Part shown: one piece after another, positions 36,971-46,514 of the stretch
How positions within the stretch are numbered: position 1 is the first letter of the stretch
How the letters are laid out: each line of letters begins with the position of its first letter
From: an uncultured Rikenellaceae bacterium
Lineage (GTDB): Bacteria > Bacteroidota > Bacteroidia > Bacteroidales > VadinHA17
DNA: 64,000 nt
Reading direction: 5' to 3'
Assembly: GCA_964638545.1 (NCBI GenBank)
Contig: CAZXAM010000012.1
Location: 6,911-70,910, forward strand
Translations under genes and position numbers: made by a program
Notes under the pieces: model-generated
Databases searched by the model: none
Seen by the model: the letters and a program-made list of their open reading frames with translations, nothing else
What the model was told of the DNA's origin: nothing

Positions 36971-38785
36971 ATGAAAGTTAATCCCGGGACATATAACGGA
37001 TGGCTGCCATCATCCAGGAAAGAGGTTGAAGCGATTGGTTGGGACGAGCCGGATGTCATCATATTCAGCGGGGATGCATACATCGATCATCCTTCGTTCG
37101 GACCGGCAGTAATAAGCCGTGTCATTGAAGATGAGGGATTCAGGGTAGCTATCGTTCCACAGCCTAACTGGAAAGATGATCTCCGCGATTTTAAAAAACT
37201 GGGCAGACCGAAATATTTCTTTGGCGTCACCGCCGGAAACATGGATTCGATGGTGAACCATTACACCGCAGCAAAGCGCCTCCGTTCCGATGATGCCTAT
37301 ACACCGGGAGGGAAAGCAGGTTTCAGGCCTGACTACCCGACAATCGTATATTCAAGAATATTAAAGGATCTTTTTCCTGATGTGCCGGTAGTGATCGGTG
37401 GCATCGAGGCTTCGATGAGAAGGCTGACGCACTACGACTATTGGAAAGACAAGCTGGAGCCTTCAATACTGATCAGCAGCGGGGCAGATCTGCTGGTATA
37501 TGGAATGGGAGAGCAGCCAATAAGGGAGATTGTCAGATTGCTTGAAAAGGGAGTTCCGTTTGCTTCACTTAAAACGATAGCCCAGACAGCTTTCTTTCAG
37601 AGCAGGGAACTGCCTCTTCCTAATCAGAAAATGTGGAAGGATATTAATCTTCATTCATACGAAAAGTGCCGGAGCGATAAAAAGCTGTTTGCTGAGAACT
37701 TTGTTGCATTCGAGAAAGAATCAAACAAGCTTGAAGCAGCCAGGTTATTCGAACCGTCAGGAGATAAGGTTGTTATTGTAAATCCTCCTTTTCCTCCAAT
37801 GGATGAAAAAGAATTCGACCAGTCTTTCGACCTGCCTTACATGTTCGGTCCTCATCCACGATATGAAAAAAAAGGCGCTATACCTGCATGGGAGATGATC
37901 AAATTCTCGGTTAATATTCACCGGGGTTGTTTCGGAGGCTGCAGTTTTTGTGCTATAGCTGCTCACCAGGGTAAGCAGGTTGTGAGCAGATCAGAAAGAT
38001 CAATTCTTAATGAGATTGAGAAGATCATTCAGATGCCTGATTTTAAAGGCTATCTTTCTGATCTTGGAGGTCCATCAGCCAACATGTACAGGATGAAGGG
38101 CAAAAACATGGAGATCTGCCTCAAATGCTCGAGGCCTTCATGCATCTGGCCGGCTGTCTGCAATAACCTCGATACTGATCATAGAGTGCTTACAGAGCTG
38201 TACAAGAAAGTCAACAGGATGCCTGGCATTAAGAAAGCTTTTATAGGCAGCGGTGTCAGGTACGATCTTCTTTTTCCTGAATGGAACAGGAGTGCAGGCA
38301 GATATGAAAACGAATATCTCAACGAGCTGGTAAGGAATCATGTATCAGGAAGGCTGAAAGTTGCTCCCGAGCATACATCGCCGGCAGTGCTGTACCAGAT
38401 GCGCAAACCTCCTTTCAATCTTTTCCGAAGCCTGAAACGCAGGTTTGATGAGATCATGAAAAAAGAGGATCTGAGATATGAGATAGTACCTTACTTTATA
38501 TCTTCACATCCGGGCTCCACAAATGAGACAATGAAAGAACTTTCTGATGATGTTAAAAGTATGGGCGTAAGACCGGAGCAGGTCCAGGATTTTACTCCCA
38601 CTCCTATGACTCTTTCAACACTTATTTATTATACTGGTTTTGATCCTTATACCGGTAAGAAAGTTTATGTGGCACGAAAACCGGAAGAGAAAAAACGTCA
38701 GAAAGAATATTTCTTCTGGTATAAGAAGGAAATAAACAAAACCAGTGGAAATAATATTAATCTTCAAAGAAAAACAAGAAACTGA
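36971..38785 (+). CDS. ygiQ: YgiQ family radical SAM protein
   Basis: 604 aa. Cys cluster RGCFGGCSFCAI and a basic C-terminal tail typical of UPF0313. Confidence 0.85.
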   Translation: MKVNPGTYNGWLPSSRKEVEAIGWDEPDVIIFSGDAYIDHPSFGPAVISRVIEDEGFRVAIVPQPNWKDDLRDFKKLGRPKYFFGVTAGNMDSMVNHYTAAKRLRSDDAYTPGGKAGFRPDYPTIVYSRILKDLFPDVPVVIGGIEASMRRLTHYDYWKDKLEPSILISSGADLLVYGMGEQPIREIVRLLEKGVPFASLKTIAQTAFFQSRELPLPNQKMWKDINLHSYEKCRSDKKLFAENFVAFEKESNKLEAARLFEPSGDKVVIVNPPFPPMDEKEFDQSFDLPYMFGPHPRYEKKGAIPAWEMIKFSVNIHRGCFGGCSFCAIAAHQGKQVVSRSERSILNEIEKIIQMPDFKGYLSDLGGPSANMYRMKGKNMEICLKCSRPSCIWPAVCNNLDTDHRVLTELYKKVNRMPGIKKAFIGSGVRYDLLFPEWNRSAGRYENEYLNELVRNHVSGRLKVAPEHTSPAVLYQMRKPPFNLFRSLKRRFDEIMKKEDLRYEIVPYFISSHPGSTNETMKELSDDVKSMGVRPEQVQDFTPTPMTLSTLIYYTGFDPYTGKKVYVARKPEEKKRQKEYFFWYKKEINKTSGNNINLQRKTRN

Positions 38786-38791
38786 ATAATC

Positions 38792-41506
38792 ATGAAAAAG
38801 AACCTTGCAGTAATCATTCCGCTTATAGGAATTCCATTGGTATTTCTGGTATACTCCTGCACAGGGGGAAGTAATACCGGGAAATTCAGTAAGCCAAATG
38901 TTGCCGTACTGGCAACAGTTACAAGTCCTGCACGGGGAGGACAATCAATCGTACCGGCGCTGAATGACGGGTTGATCCCCGATAGCGTACCTGAAGGATT
39001 CCGTCAGAGATCTGGTGCTCCGGGAAGACAGGGAAGACCTCAGCGCCTTGGTGTACTGCGGTACGAATGTACGTGGGAGACTCCTGTTAATATAGATGAA
39101 TCTGCTGTATTCTTCTATAATTACGACAGCCTGACTAAACTGCCTGAGGCCTACCGCTATAAATACTGGAATGGCAGCGATTATGTTCCGGTGGAGAATC
39201 CGGTCGGACTGGGATTGGCAAATGATCAGTACAACAGTACGACTTTTACAGCTGTGAATACAACTAAGCTGATGATTGAGATCGACTCGGTTCAAAGGTT
39301 TATGCCTCCAGTCCTTGAGTGGCTCGTATTTAAATCGAAAGGCTCTCCGGAAATAGCTCCGCTAATCAGAGCCGGAGGCGACAGAAGTGTAATAACAGGA
39401 GGGAAGACCTACTTGTCGGGAGTTATTAAATCCGTGGGACCTCTGAAGAATACACAATGGACAGCAACGGGACCCGGACAGGTGATGTTTGCAGATCCCG
39501 GGTCTCCTATAACCACAGCAACTTTCAGTGCACCCGGTGAATATGTTCTGACACTTGCATCACAAACCGGAAAGGTAAGCTCCTCATCTTCGATAAGAGT
39601 CAAAGCGTGTGAGCCTCCGGAAAAAGAAAGGCTGGATGTTGTATACACAAAACGCTACACCATAGATAATCCGCTTTGGAGCGACAGGGCAAAAGCAATT
39701 ATTACCAACTGGATACCTCATTGCATTCGCCAGATCGAAAGAACCGATCTTACAACCGGGCAGGGAGGACTTGACAATTTCATTGAAGCGGCAAAAGCCC
39801 TTCGGGGAGAGCCTCATGGCAAACATCTCGGCTATGTGTTCTCTAATGCCTGGGTCCACCAGACGATTGAATCAATGTGTATTGCCCTGATGGTAGATCC
39901 GGCAGGCGACAGGGAGATCATGGCGGCACAGGAAAAAATGAAAAAGACACTTGAAAAATGGATACCCATAGTGCTTGCAGCACAGGAGCCTGACGGATAC
40001 CTCCAGACTGCATTTACCCTTCGCGATACAACAAGATGGAAGGAGAGGTGGGCTCCTGAAACAAGGGGAAATCATGAGGGCTATGTAGCCGGCTATTTCA
40101 TTGAATCGGCGATCAATCATTATACCCTTACCGAAGGAAAAGACACGAGATTATATAATGCCGCGAAAAAGCTTGCAGATTGCTGGGTTGCCAATATAGG
40201 GCCCGGTAAAAAAGAATGGTATGATGGTCACCAGGAAATGGAGCAGGCCCTTGTCAGGTTCGGTCGTTTCGTAAACGATATGGAAGGAGGAGGTAAAGGC
40301 GACAGTTATATCTCACTGGCAAAATTCCTTCTTGATAACCGGAATGGAGGGAGTGAATACGATCAGAGCCATGTACCCGTGCAGCAGCAGTATGAAGCTG
40401 TAGGCCATGCTGTTCGGGCGGTTTACAATTATTCAGCAATGGCCGATATCGCTGCCGAAACAGGCGATATTGATTACCAGAGTGCAGTAGTATCTCTGTG
40501 GGACAATATGATTAACAAGAAATACTATGTAACCGGCGGGATTGGAAGCGGAGAGACTTCGGAAGGATTTGGCGATAACTATTCACTGGGCAACAGTGCA
40601 TATTGTGAATCCTGCTCAAGCTGCGGACTGATATTCTTCCAGTATAAGATGAACCTCGCTTACCATGATGCGAAATACGCCGATCTCTATGAAGAGACTA
40701 TGTACAATGCATTGCTTGGATCACTTGACCTGGAAGGAAAGAACTTTTTCTATGATAATCCGTTGTCATCGTCAGAAATGAGATACGACTGGCATGTGTG
40801 CCCATGCTGTGTGGGCAACATACCACGCACACTTTTAATGATCCCCACATGGACCTACACTAAAAGCAAGGAAGGGATCTATGTAAACATGTATGTCGGC
40901 AGCACAATTGAAGCCGGGAAGGTAGCCGGAACAGATGTGCAGATGGTACAGAAGACGGATTATCCATGGAACGGAAAGGTTGTGATAAATGTCAATCCGG
41001 CACAGAATGCAAAATTCACTGTTTTTGTACGCGTCCCCGACAGAGAAACCAGTAAACTTTATAAGCCGGTCCCTTCTGTCAATTCACTTAAATCCCTCAC
41101 TGTTAACGGAACACCTGTTCCGATAGCAGTGGTGAAGGGATATGCAGGCATTTCCAGGGAATGGAAAAAAGGCGATAAGATAGAGCTCGAGATACCAATG
41201 GATGTACAGATCATAACAGCTGATGACAGAATTGAAGCCATCAGGGGCAGGATCGCTCTTCGTTATGGCCCGATGATTTATAACCTGGAAAAGGCTGATC
41301 AGCCTGATCTTGATAAAGCGATCGGAACAGATCCTTTATCTGCAGAGTGGCAGCCTGGATTGCTGAGGGGTGTAATGGCAATAAAAGGAACATGGGCTGA
41401 TGGAACTCCCCTGCTTGCCATACCTGACTTTGTGAGATTGAACAGGTCAGTCATAAGACCAGAGGAAGACAGATCTCCAACGTCAGTAATCTGGATTAAG
41501 AGATAG
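38792..41506 (+). CDS. Glycoside hydrolase family 127 (beta-L-arabinofuranosidase-like, DUF1680) with N-terminal accessory domains
   Basis: 904 aa, lipoprotein signal (LVYSC). GH127 hallmarks include HEGYVAGYFIESA, the Zn/catalytic Cys region YCESCSSCG and CPCCVGNIPR. The N-terminal ~270 aa are extra beta-rich domains. Confidence 0.85.
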   Translation: MKKNLAVIIPLIGIPLVFLVYSCTGGSNTGKFSKPNVAVLATVTSPARGGQSIVPALNDGLIPDSVPEGFRQRSGAPGRQGRPQRLGVLRYECTWETPVNIDESAVFFYNYDSLTKLPEAYRYKYWNGSDYVPVENPVGLGLANDQYNSTTFTAVNTTKLMIEIDSVQRFMPPVLEWLVFKSKGSPEIAPLIRAGGDRSVITGGKTYLSGVIKSVGPLKNTQWTATGPGQVMFADPGSPITTATFSAPGEYVLTLASQTGKVSSSSSIRVKACEPPEKERLDVVYTKRYTIDNPLWSDRAKAIITNWIPHCIRQIERTDLTTGQGGLDNFIEAAKALRGEPHGKHLGYVFSNAWVHQTIESMCIALMVDPAGDREIMAAQEKMKKTLEKWIPIVLAAQEPDGYLQTAFTLRDTTRWKERWAPETRGNHEGYVAGYFIESAINHYTLTEGKDTRLYNAAKKLADCWVANIGPGKKEWYDGHQEMEQALVRFGRFVNDMEGGGKGDSYISLAKFLLDNRNGGSEYDQSHVPVQQQYEAVGHAVRAVYNYSAMADIAAETGDIDYQSAVVSLWDNMINKKYYVTGGIGSGETSEGFGDNYSLGNSAYCESCSSCGLIFFQYKMNLAYHDAKYADLYEETMYNALLGSLDLEGKNFFYDNPLSSSEMRYDWHVCPCCVGNIPRTLLMIPTWTYTKSKEGIYVNMYVGSTIEAGKVAGTDVQMVQKTDYPWNGKVVINVNPAQNAKFTVFVRVPDRETSKLYKPVPSVNSLKSLTVNGTPVPIAVVKGYAGISREWKKGDKIELEIPMDVQIITADDRIEAIRGRIALRYGPMIYNLEKADQPDLDKAIGTDPLSAEWQPGLLRGVMAIKGTWADGTPLLAIPDFVRLNRSVIRPEEDRSPTSVIWIKR

Positions 41507-41510
41507 AATG

Positions 41511-41543
41511 AAAAAAGCCGGAGTCATGCGACCCCGGCTTTTT
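41511..41543. terminator. Bidirectional intrinsic terminator between convergent GH127 and hydC
   Basis: AAAAAAGCCGGaGTCatgcGACcCCGGCTTTTT: a GC stem flanked by an A-tract and a T-tract. Confidence 0.75.
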
Positions 41544-41571
41544 AATAACCTAAAAACCAATCTAAAAATTT

Positions 41572-42054
41572 CTATTCATATTCTTTCAGGATGTTCCTGA
41601 CATCGTCAGGAGCGACCCGGCCGTATGTTTTATCGCCGACCATGACAACAGGCGCCAGTCCGCAGGCTCCAACGCATCTCAGGCTCGACAGTGAGAATTT
41701 GCCGTCAGGAGAAGTCTGTCCAACCTGCATTCCAAGCTCTTTCTTGAACTCATCCAGTACTTTCTCAGCACCACGCACATAACAGGCAGTGCCCATGCAA
41801 ATGCTTATCGGGTGCTTGCCCTTTGGCGTCATAGTGAAGAAAGAGTAAAATGTCACTACTCCGTAAATTTTTGCAATGGGAACCACAAGTTCGGAAGAGA
41901 TAACCTCCTGCACTTCGGCAGGAAGATATCCGAAATGTTCCTGGCATTTGTGAAGGACATTGATCAGCTCCTGCGGATCATTTTTGAAAGATGCGCAGAT
42001 CTCTTTGATCTTGTTAACATCTTCCTGTCTCAGTTCTATTTTGATACTTGACAT
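41572..42054 (-). CDS. hydC: NuoE-like [2Fe-2S] subunit of NADH-dependent [FeFe] hydrogenase (HydC)
   Basis: 160 aa with the thioredoxin-like 2Fe-2S pattern CMGTACYVRG...CVGACGLAP. Confidence 0.85.
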   Translation of the reverse strand: MSSIKIELRQEDVNKIKEICASFKNDPQELINVLHKCQEHFGYLPAEVQEVISSELVVPIAKIYGVVTFYSFFTMTPKGKHPISICMGTACYVRGAEKVLDEFKKELGMQVGQTSPDGKFSLSSLRCVGACGLAPVVMVGDKTYGRVAPDDVRNILKEYE

Positions 42055-42087
42055 GACATTGAATTTTATGTTGTACCTGAAGGTAAC

Positions 42088-43866
42088 TTATTGTTTAACA
42101 ACTATTTTCTTCTTCTTGTCAAAATAATGTGTATGAAGAAGGTGGTGAGCTTTCTCACTGTTAGGCTTGCCTAAGAACTCTTCATACAGTTTAATAATGA
42201 AAGGATTCTCATGCGATTTTCTGAGTGGTTTCTGTTTGTCTTCCCTGTAAAGTGCTGCGGCCCTTGCCTTGATTATGTCTGAGTTGCCATGGTGAAGCGG
42301 TTGTCCGCCGCCGCCGATGCATCCTCCCGGGCAAGCCATGACTTCAATTGCATGGAACTCCGATTTGCCGGCTCTTACGTCATCAAGGAGTTTTCTTGCA
42401 TTACCCAGGCCGTGAGCTATGCCGATCTTGATTGGCAGACCATCAAAATCTATTGTGGCAGATCTTACACCTTCAAGTCCTCTCAGCTCAGTGAAATCCA
42501 GCCTGTCGAGTTTTTTACCGGTATGTACCTCATAGGCGGTCCTTGCAGCAGCTTCAATCACGCCTCCTGTGGTTCCGAAGATAACACCTGCTCCCGTCGA
42601 TTCGCCGAGAGGAGCATCGAATTCACCTTCTTCAAGGTTGTTAAGGTCCAGATTCGCCTGCTGGATGAAAGCCGCAAGTTCCCTGGTGGATATTGAAAAA
42701 TCGACATCCCTGTTGCCGTCAACTGAAAACTCATCTCTCTGGCATTCATATTTTTTAGCCAGGCATGGCATTATTGAAACAACCACGAGGTTATTCCTGT
42801 TGACTTTGATCTTATCGGCAAAGTAAGTCTTGGCAATAGCGCCGAACATCTGCTGCGGTGATTTTGAAGTTGAAGGCACATCCTTGAGGTCAGGGAAATA
42901 TTCTTCGAAGAAATTTACCCATCCCGGGCAGCAGGAAGTAAGTATCGGGATCCTTGCGGATTTGTCTCCTTTGAGGTGCCTCGTCAGCCTGTCGAGAAGC
43001 TCTGTGCCTTCTTCCATAATGGTAAGGTCGGCAGCAAAATCGGTATCAAATACATAATCGAATCCCAGAGCCCTCAGAGCTGTTACCATTTTGCCTGTAA
43101 CAAGTGTTCCTGGTTCCATTCCGAACATCTCACCCAGCGCGGCACGTACTGCCGGAGCAGTCTGAACTACGACGGTTTTTGTCGGGTCAGCAAGCGCTCT
43201 CAGAACATCCGGGGTATGATCAACCTCAGTAAGCGCTCCGGTAGGGCAGACGGCAACACATTGTCCGCAATAGGTGCAGGTTGAATGTTCAAGGTTTTGC
43301 TCAAATGCAGGAGCAACAGTTGCCATGAAACCCCTGTTAATAGCTGATAATGCTCCGACAGTCTGAACAGTGTTGCACATCATCTCACAGCGACGGCACA
43401 TTATGCATTTATCCTGATCTCTGATAATTGAAGGTGAAGTGTCTTTTTTATACGTCGACTGTGCAGCATATTCCTGACCGGGTATTTCCCTTATTCCGAG
43501 CTGGTGTGCCATTGACTGTAGCTCGCAGTTCCCCGATTTTGCGCATGTCAGGCAATCTTTGGGGTGATCGGAGAGGATGAACTCCATAACTGTTCTGCGT
43601 GCATTGAGCACTCTGGTCGTATGTGTCTTTACAATCATTCCCTCTTCACATTTTGTAGCGCACGAAGGAGCAAGATTTCGTCTGCCCTGAACTTCAACAA
43701 CACAGATACGGCAGCCTGCAGGTTTGTTTTCGATGCACAGGTCGTGCAGTTCCATGTAGCAAAGCGTGGGTATATCAATTTTGAGCTCTTTGGCCGCTTT
43801 GTTAACCGTCGTGCCTTTTGGCACTTCGATTGTTTTGTTATCTATTGTAAGCTTTACAGTTTCCAT
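42088..43866 (-). CDS. hydA: [FeFe] hydrogenase catalytic subunit, group A (HydA)
   Basis: 592 aa. N-terminal 2Fe-2S and 4Fe-4S domains, with H-cluster motifs TSCCPGWV, MPCLAKKYE and ACPGGCIGGGGQP. Confidence 0.95.
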   Translation of the reverse strand: METVKLTIDNKTIEVPKGTTVNKAAKELKIDIPTLCYMELHDLCIENKPAGCRICVVEVQGRRNLAPSCATKCEEGMIVKTHTTRVLNARRTVMEFILSDHPKDCLTCAKSGNCELQSMAHQLGIREIPGQEYAAQSTYKKDTSPSIIRDQDKCIMCRRCEMMCNTVQTVGALSAINRGFMATVAPAFEQNLEHSTCTYCGQCVAVCPTGALTEVDHTPDVLRALADPTKTVVVQTAPAVRAALGEMFGMEPGTLVTGKMVTALRALGFDYVFDTDFAADLTIMEEGTELLDRLTRHLKGDKSARIPILTSCCPGWVNFFEEYFPDLKDVPSTSKSPQQMFGAIAKTYFADKIKVNRNNLVVVSIMPCLAKKYECQRDEFSVDGNRDVDFSISTRELAAFIQQANLDLNNLEEGEFDAPLGESTGAGVIFGTTGGVIEAAARTAYEVHTGKKLDRLDFTELRGLEGVRSATIDFDGLPIKIGIAHGLGNARKLLDDVRAGKSEFHAIEVMACPGGCIGGGGQPLHHGNSDIIKARAAALYREDKQKPLRKSHENPFIIKLYEEFLGKPNSEKAHHLLHTHYFDKKKKIVVKQ

Positions 43867-43884
43867 TTACAATTCTTCTTAAGA

Positions 43885-45678
43885 TTACTGAATGATGATC
43901 GCGTCGAACTTGCATTTCTCCATACAAGCTCCGCATTTGATGCAAATCGATGGATTGATAAGGTGAGGTTCCTTTCGTTCGCCTGTGATAGCTCCGACAG
44001 GGCAGACTCTTGCGCATGCCGTGCAACCTACGCAATTAGCCGCGATGATAAAATACTCCATCAGGTCCTTGCATTTGCCTGCAGGACATTTTTTCGCAGT
44101 AACGTGGGCTTCATACTCCTCCCTGAAATTGGTTAGTGTCGAGAGCACCGGATTTGGTGAGCTCTGACCTAATCCGCATAGCGATGTATCCTTAATAACC
44201 AGGCTCATATTTTTTAATCGGTCGAGATCTGCAAGCGAGCCTTTGCCTGTCGTAATCTGCCCTAAAAGCTCGTGAAGGCGTTTATTTCCGACTCTGCAAG
44301 GAGCACATTTACCGCATGATTCTTCAACAGTGAATTCGAGGAAGAACTTTGCTACTGACACCATACAGTCGTCTTCGTCCATTACAATAAGTCCGCCCGA
44401 GCCCATCATCGAGCCGGCAGCCGTGAGGTTGTCGAAATCAATGGGAAGGTCTAAATGCTTTTCAGTAAGGCATCCGCCTGAGGGACCTCCTGTCTGGGCT
44501 GCCTTGAACTTCTTCCCATGTCTTATTCCTCCACCTATTTCAAAAATCACCTCCCGAAGGGTAATTCCCATGGGGACCTCGATGAGGCCTACATTATTTA
44601 TTTTTCCGGCAAGGGCAAAAACCTTTGTGCCTTTAGATTTCTCGGAGCCGATGCCTGCAAACCATTCTGCACCTTTAATAATGATAGGCGAAATGCATGC
44701 GAAGGTTTCGACATTGTTTACGTTTGTGGGTTTTCCCCTGAAACCGGCTTCTGCCGGGAACGGAGGTTTAACTGTAGGTTCTCCGCGAAGACCTTCCATC
44801 GAATGTATCAGGGCTGTCTCTTCACCGCATACGAATGCGCCGGCGCCATAACGGATCTCGATGTCGAAGTCAAAGCCTGTTCCCATTATATTTTTCCCAA
44901 GCAGGCCGTATTCCCTTGCCTGCTTAATAGCGGTTTTAAGGCGTGATACGGCAAGAGGATATTCGGCACGGATATAAATCAATCCGGTATGAGCTTCGAT
45001 GCAATATCCGCAGATTACCATAGCTTCAAGCACTGAATGAGGATCTCCTTCAAGAACAGACCTGTCCATAAAGGCACCCGGGTCACCTTCGTCAGCGTTG
45101 CAGACTACATATTTTTCATCTGATTTGTTTTTATAGGCAATCTCCCATTTGAGACCGGTAGGGAATCCGCCGCCGCCTCTGCCCCGCAGTCCGGAATCCT
45201 TAATGGACTTGATAACTTCAAGAGGCTTCAATGTTGTCAGCACCCTTGCAAGAGCCTCATAGGCGTCGTGAGCTATTGCATCTTCTATGTTCTCAGGATT
45301 TATGACACCGCAATTCCTGAGGACAATTCTAGTCTGTTTCTTGTATACTGATAATTCCTTTTCTGTTGTGACCGGCTTATTTGTTGCATTATCTTTGAAA
45401 AACAACCTTTCAACCTTCCGGCCTTTCATAATGTGTTCATTCACTATTTCCCTTGCATCCTCGGCAGTCACTCTGGTATATACGGTGTCACCCGGCATAA
45501 CCTTTACAATTGGTCCCAGACTGCAGAGTCCGAAGCAGCCTGTTTTTACGACATGCACGTCATTTTCGAGCGCATTGGCCTCAAGCTCCAGCCTGAGGTT
45601 GTCAATGATGGCTTCACCCTGTCCTCCTGAACAGCTTGTCCCGCCGCAAACCATAATTTGCATTTTCTCTCTTGGCAT
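43885..45678 (-). CDS. hydB: NuoF-like NAD(H)/FMN-binding subunit of [FeFe] hydrogenase (HydB)
   Basis: 597 aa. N-terminal Trx-like 2Fe-2S (VCGGTSC..TGCFGLC), FMN/NADH site (GRGGGGFPTG), a 4Fe-4S site (ESCGKCAPCR), and a C-terminal 2x[4Fe-4S] ferredoxin. Confidence 0.92.
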   Translation of the reverse strand: MPREKMQIMVCGGTSCSGGQGEAIIDNLRLELEANALENDVHVVKTGCFGLCSLGPIVKVMPGDTVYTRVTAEDAREIVNEHIMKGRKVERLFFKDNATNKPVTTEKELSVYKKQTRIVLRNCGVINPENIEDAIAHDAYEALARVLTTLKPLEVIKSIKDSGLRGRGGGGFPTGLKWEIAYKNKSDEKYVVCNADEGDPGAFMDRSVLEGDPHSVLEAMVICGYCIEAHTGLIYIRAEYPLAVSRLKTAIKQAREYGLLGKNIMGTGFDFDIEIRYGAGAFVCGEETALIHSMEGLRGEPTVKPPFPAEAGFRGKPTNVNNVETFACISPIIIKGAEWFAGIGSEKSKGTKVFALAGKINNVGLIEVPMGITLREVIFEIGGGIRHGKKFKAAQTGGPSGGCLTEKHLDLPIDFDNLTAAGSMMGSGGLIVMDEDDCMVSVAKFFLEFTVEESCGKCAPCRVGNKRLHELLGQITTGKGSLADLDRLKNMSLVIKDTSLCGLGQSSPNPVLSTLTNFREEYEAHVTAKKCPAGKCKDLMEYFIIAANCVGCTACARVCPVGAITGERKEPHLINPSICIKCGACMEKCKFDAIIIQ

Positions 45679-45698
45679 GATCTTTCCTCCTCAGGGTA

Positions 45699-46118
45699 TT
45701 AATTTATGGATCTGTAATTGACAGGGAGTATCCCGTCGACATACTCGCCGTTCTTGACGTATTTCTCAATAATCTCGTCAGCTTTCAGCTTGTCGACATT
45801 ACCGAAAACGACTGGTTCCTGCCCCGGGCGTTTTACTTCGATGGTAGGTTCTGCATAGCTGTACCCCAAGTCTCCTGTTCCGATAACATCAGCGTCGATG
45901 TTCCTTTTTTCGAATTCCGTCTTAATGAAATCATGTATTCCCTTTGCACCCGATGCAAGTCCGCTTGTTCCCATATGAACTCTGACACGGATCTTTTCGG
46001 TACCGTAGATCCGCTTCAGGGCTTCAGCTTTTAATTTCTTTAGATCTTCATGTGATTTAATTACTTTCATATTCACTTGATTTACAAGTTTATAATGAGA
46101 ATGGTTCGATAAATTCAT
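45699..46118 (-). CDS. Cysteine-free thioredoxin-like-ferredoxin-fold protein; first gene of the hyd operon (HydD-like?)
   Basis: 139 aa. Aligns to the Trx-like 2Fe-2S domain at the HydB N-terminus, but all four Cys positions are replaced. The start may be M17 (46070). Confidence 0.6.
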   Translation of the reverse strand: MNLSNHSHYKLVNQVNMKVIKSHEDLKKLKAEALKRIYGTEKIRVRVHMGTSGLASGAKGIHDFIKTEFEKRNIDADVIGTGDLGYSYAEPTIEVKRPGQEPVVFGNVDKLKADEIIEKYVKNGEYVDGILPVNYRSIN

Positions 46119-46130
46119 TGTTTCCGGTCA

Positions 46131-46138
46131 CAAAATTA
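46131..46138 (-). promoter_or_regulatory. Candidate Bacteroidota -7 promoter box (TAATTTTG) for the hyd operon
   Basis: The plus strand reads CAAAATTA, the reverse complement of TAnnTTTG. It lies 13 nt upstream of ATG 46118 and 61 nt upstream of ATG 46070. Confidence 0.4.
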
Positions 46139-46147
46139 ATATTTTAT

Positions 46148-46182
46148 TTGTTAATAAAATAACAATGTTAATAAAATAACAA
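46148..46182. promoter_or_regulatory. Two tandem 18-bp Rex-like palindromic boxes (TTGTTAATAAAATAACAA, aTGTTAATAAAATAACAA)
   Basis: A perfect 17-bp direct duplication (46150-46166 = 46167-46183). Each copy matches TTGTTAA-N4-TTAACAA with 1-2 mismatches. It lies just upstream of the -7 box of the hyd operon. Confidence 0.45.
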
Positions 46183-46462
46183 TATTTTAAAATTGTTCTA
46201 AATAAGAAGCATTTAGCATTAAAAAGATGCTTTTGTGTTATCAATGGAACAAGTCAATCTTTATGCTCTCTAATTTACAAAATCAATTATTGCCTTAAGG
46301 TAAAAACCTATTTTATCTTGACACCTGCAAGTGAAATAATTAGGATGAAAACTTTTTCAGGATCTTTCACACAAAGAATGTAATACATTTCATCTGCCGC
46401 GAATCCACTGCTTTTATACAATGTCTTCGCTGAAATCAAATGTGTTTATGTTTTAAAAACCT

Positions 46463-46470
46463 TATTTTTG
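46463..46470 (+). promoter_or_regulatory. Candidate -7 promoter box (TATTTTTG) for the S9 peptidase gene
   Basis: Exact TAnnTTTG match 45 nt upstream of ATG 46515. It lies inside the track's longer ORF (46440), which argues for the shorter start. Confidence 0.45.
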
Positions 46471-46514
46471 TTACCCAATCTGAATACTGTAATTATATGA
46501 TCAATGCTATACCT

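Noticed and set aside
46345-46383. A 12-codon mini-ORF (MKTFSGSFTQRM*) in the long AT-rich hyd/peptidase intergenic region, considered as a possible leader peptide.
   Set aside because: It lies upstream of the predicted peptidase promoter and on the wrong strand for the hyd operon. It has no conserved features, and such an ORF is expected by chance in 396 bp.
46440-46514. The upstream in-frame extension of the S9 peptidase ORF (MCLCFKNLIFVTQSEYCNYMINAIP).
   Set aside because: The extension contains an exact TATTTTTG -7 promoter box (46463-46470). A textbook signal peptide begins at the Met at 46515, so the extension is most likely untranslated leader or promoter.
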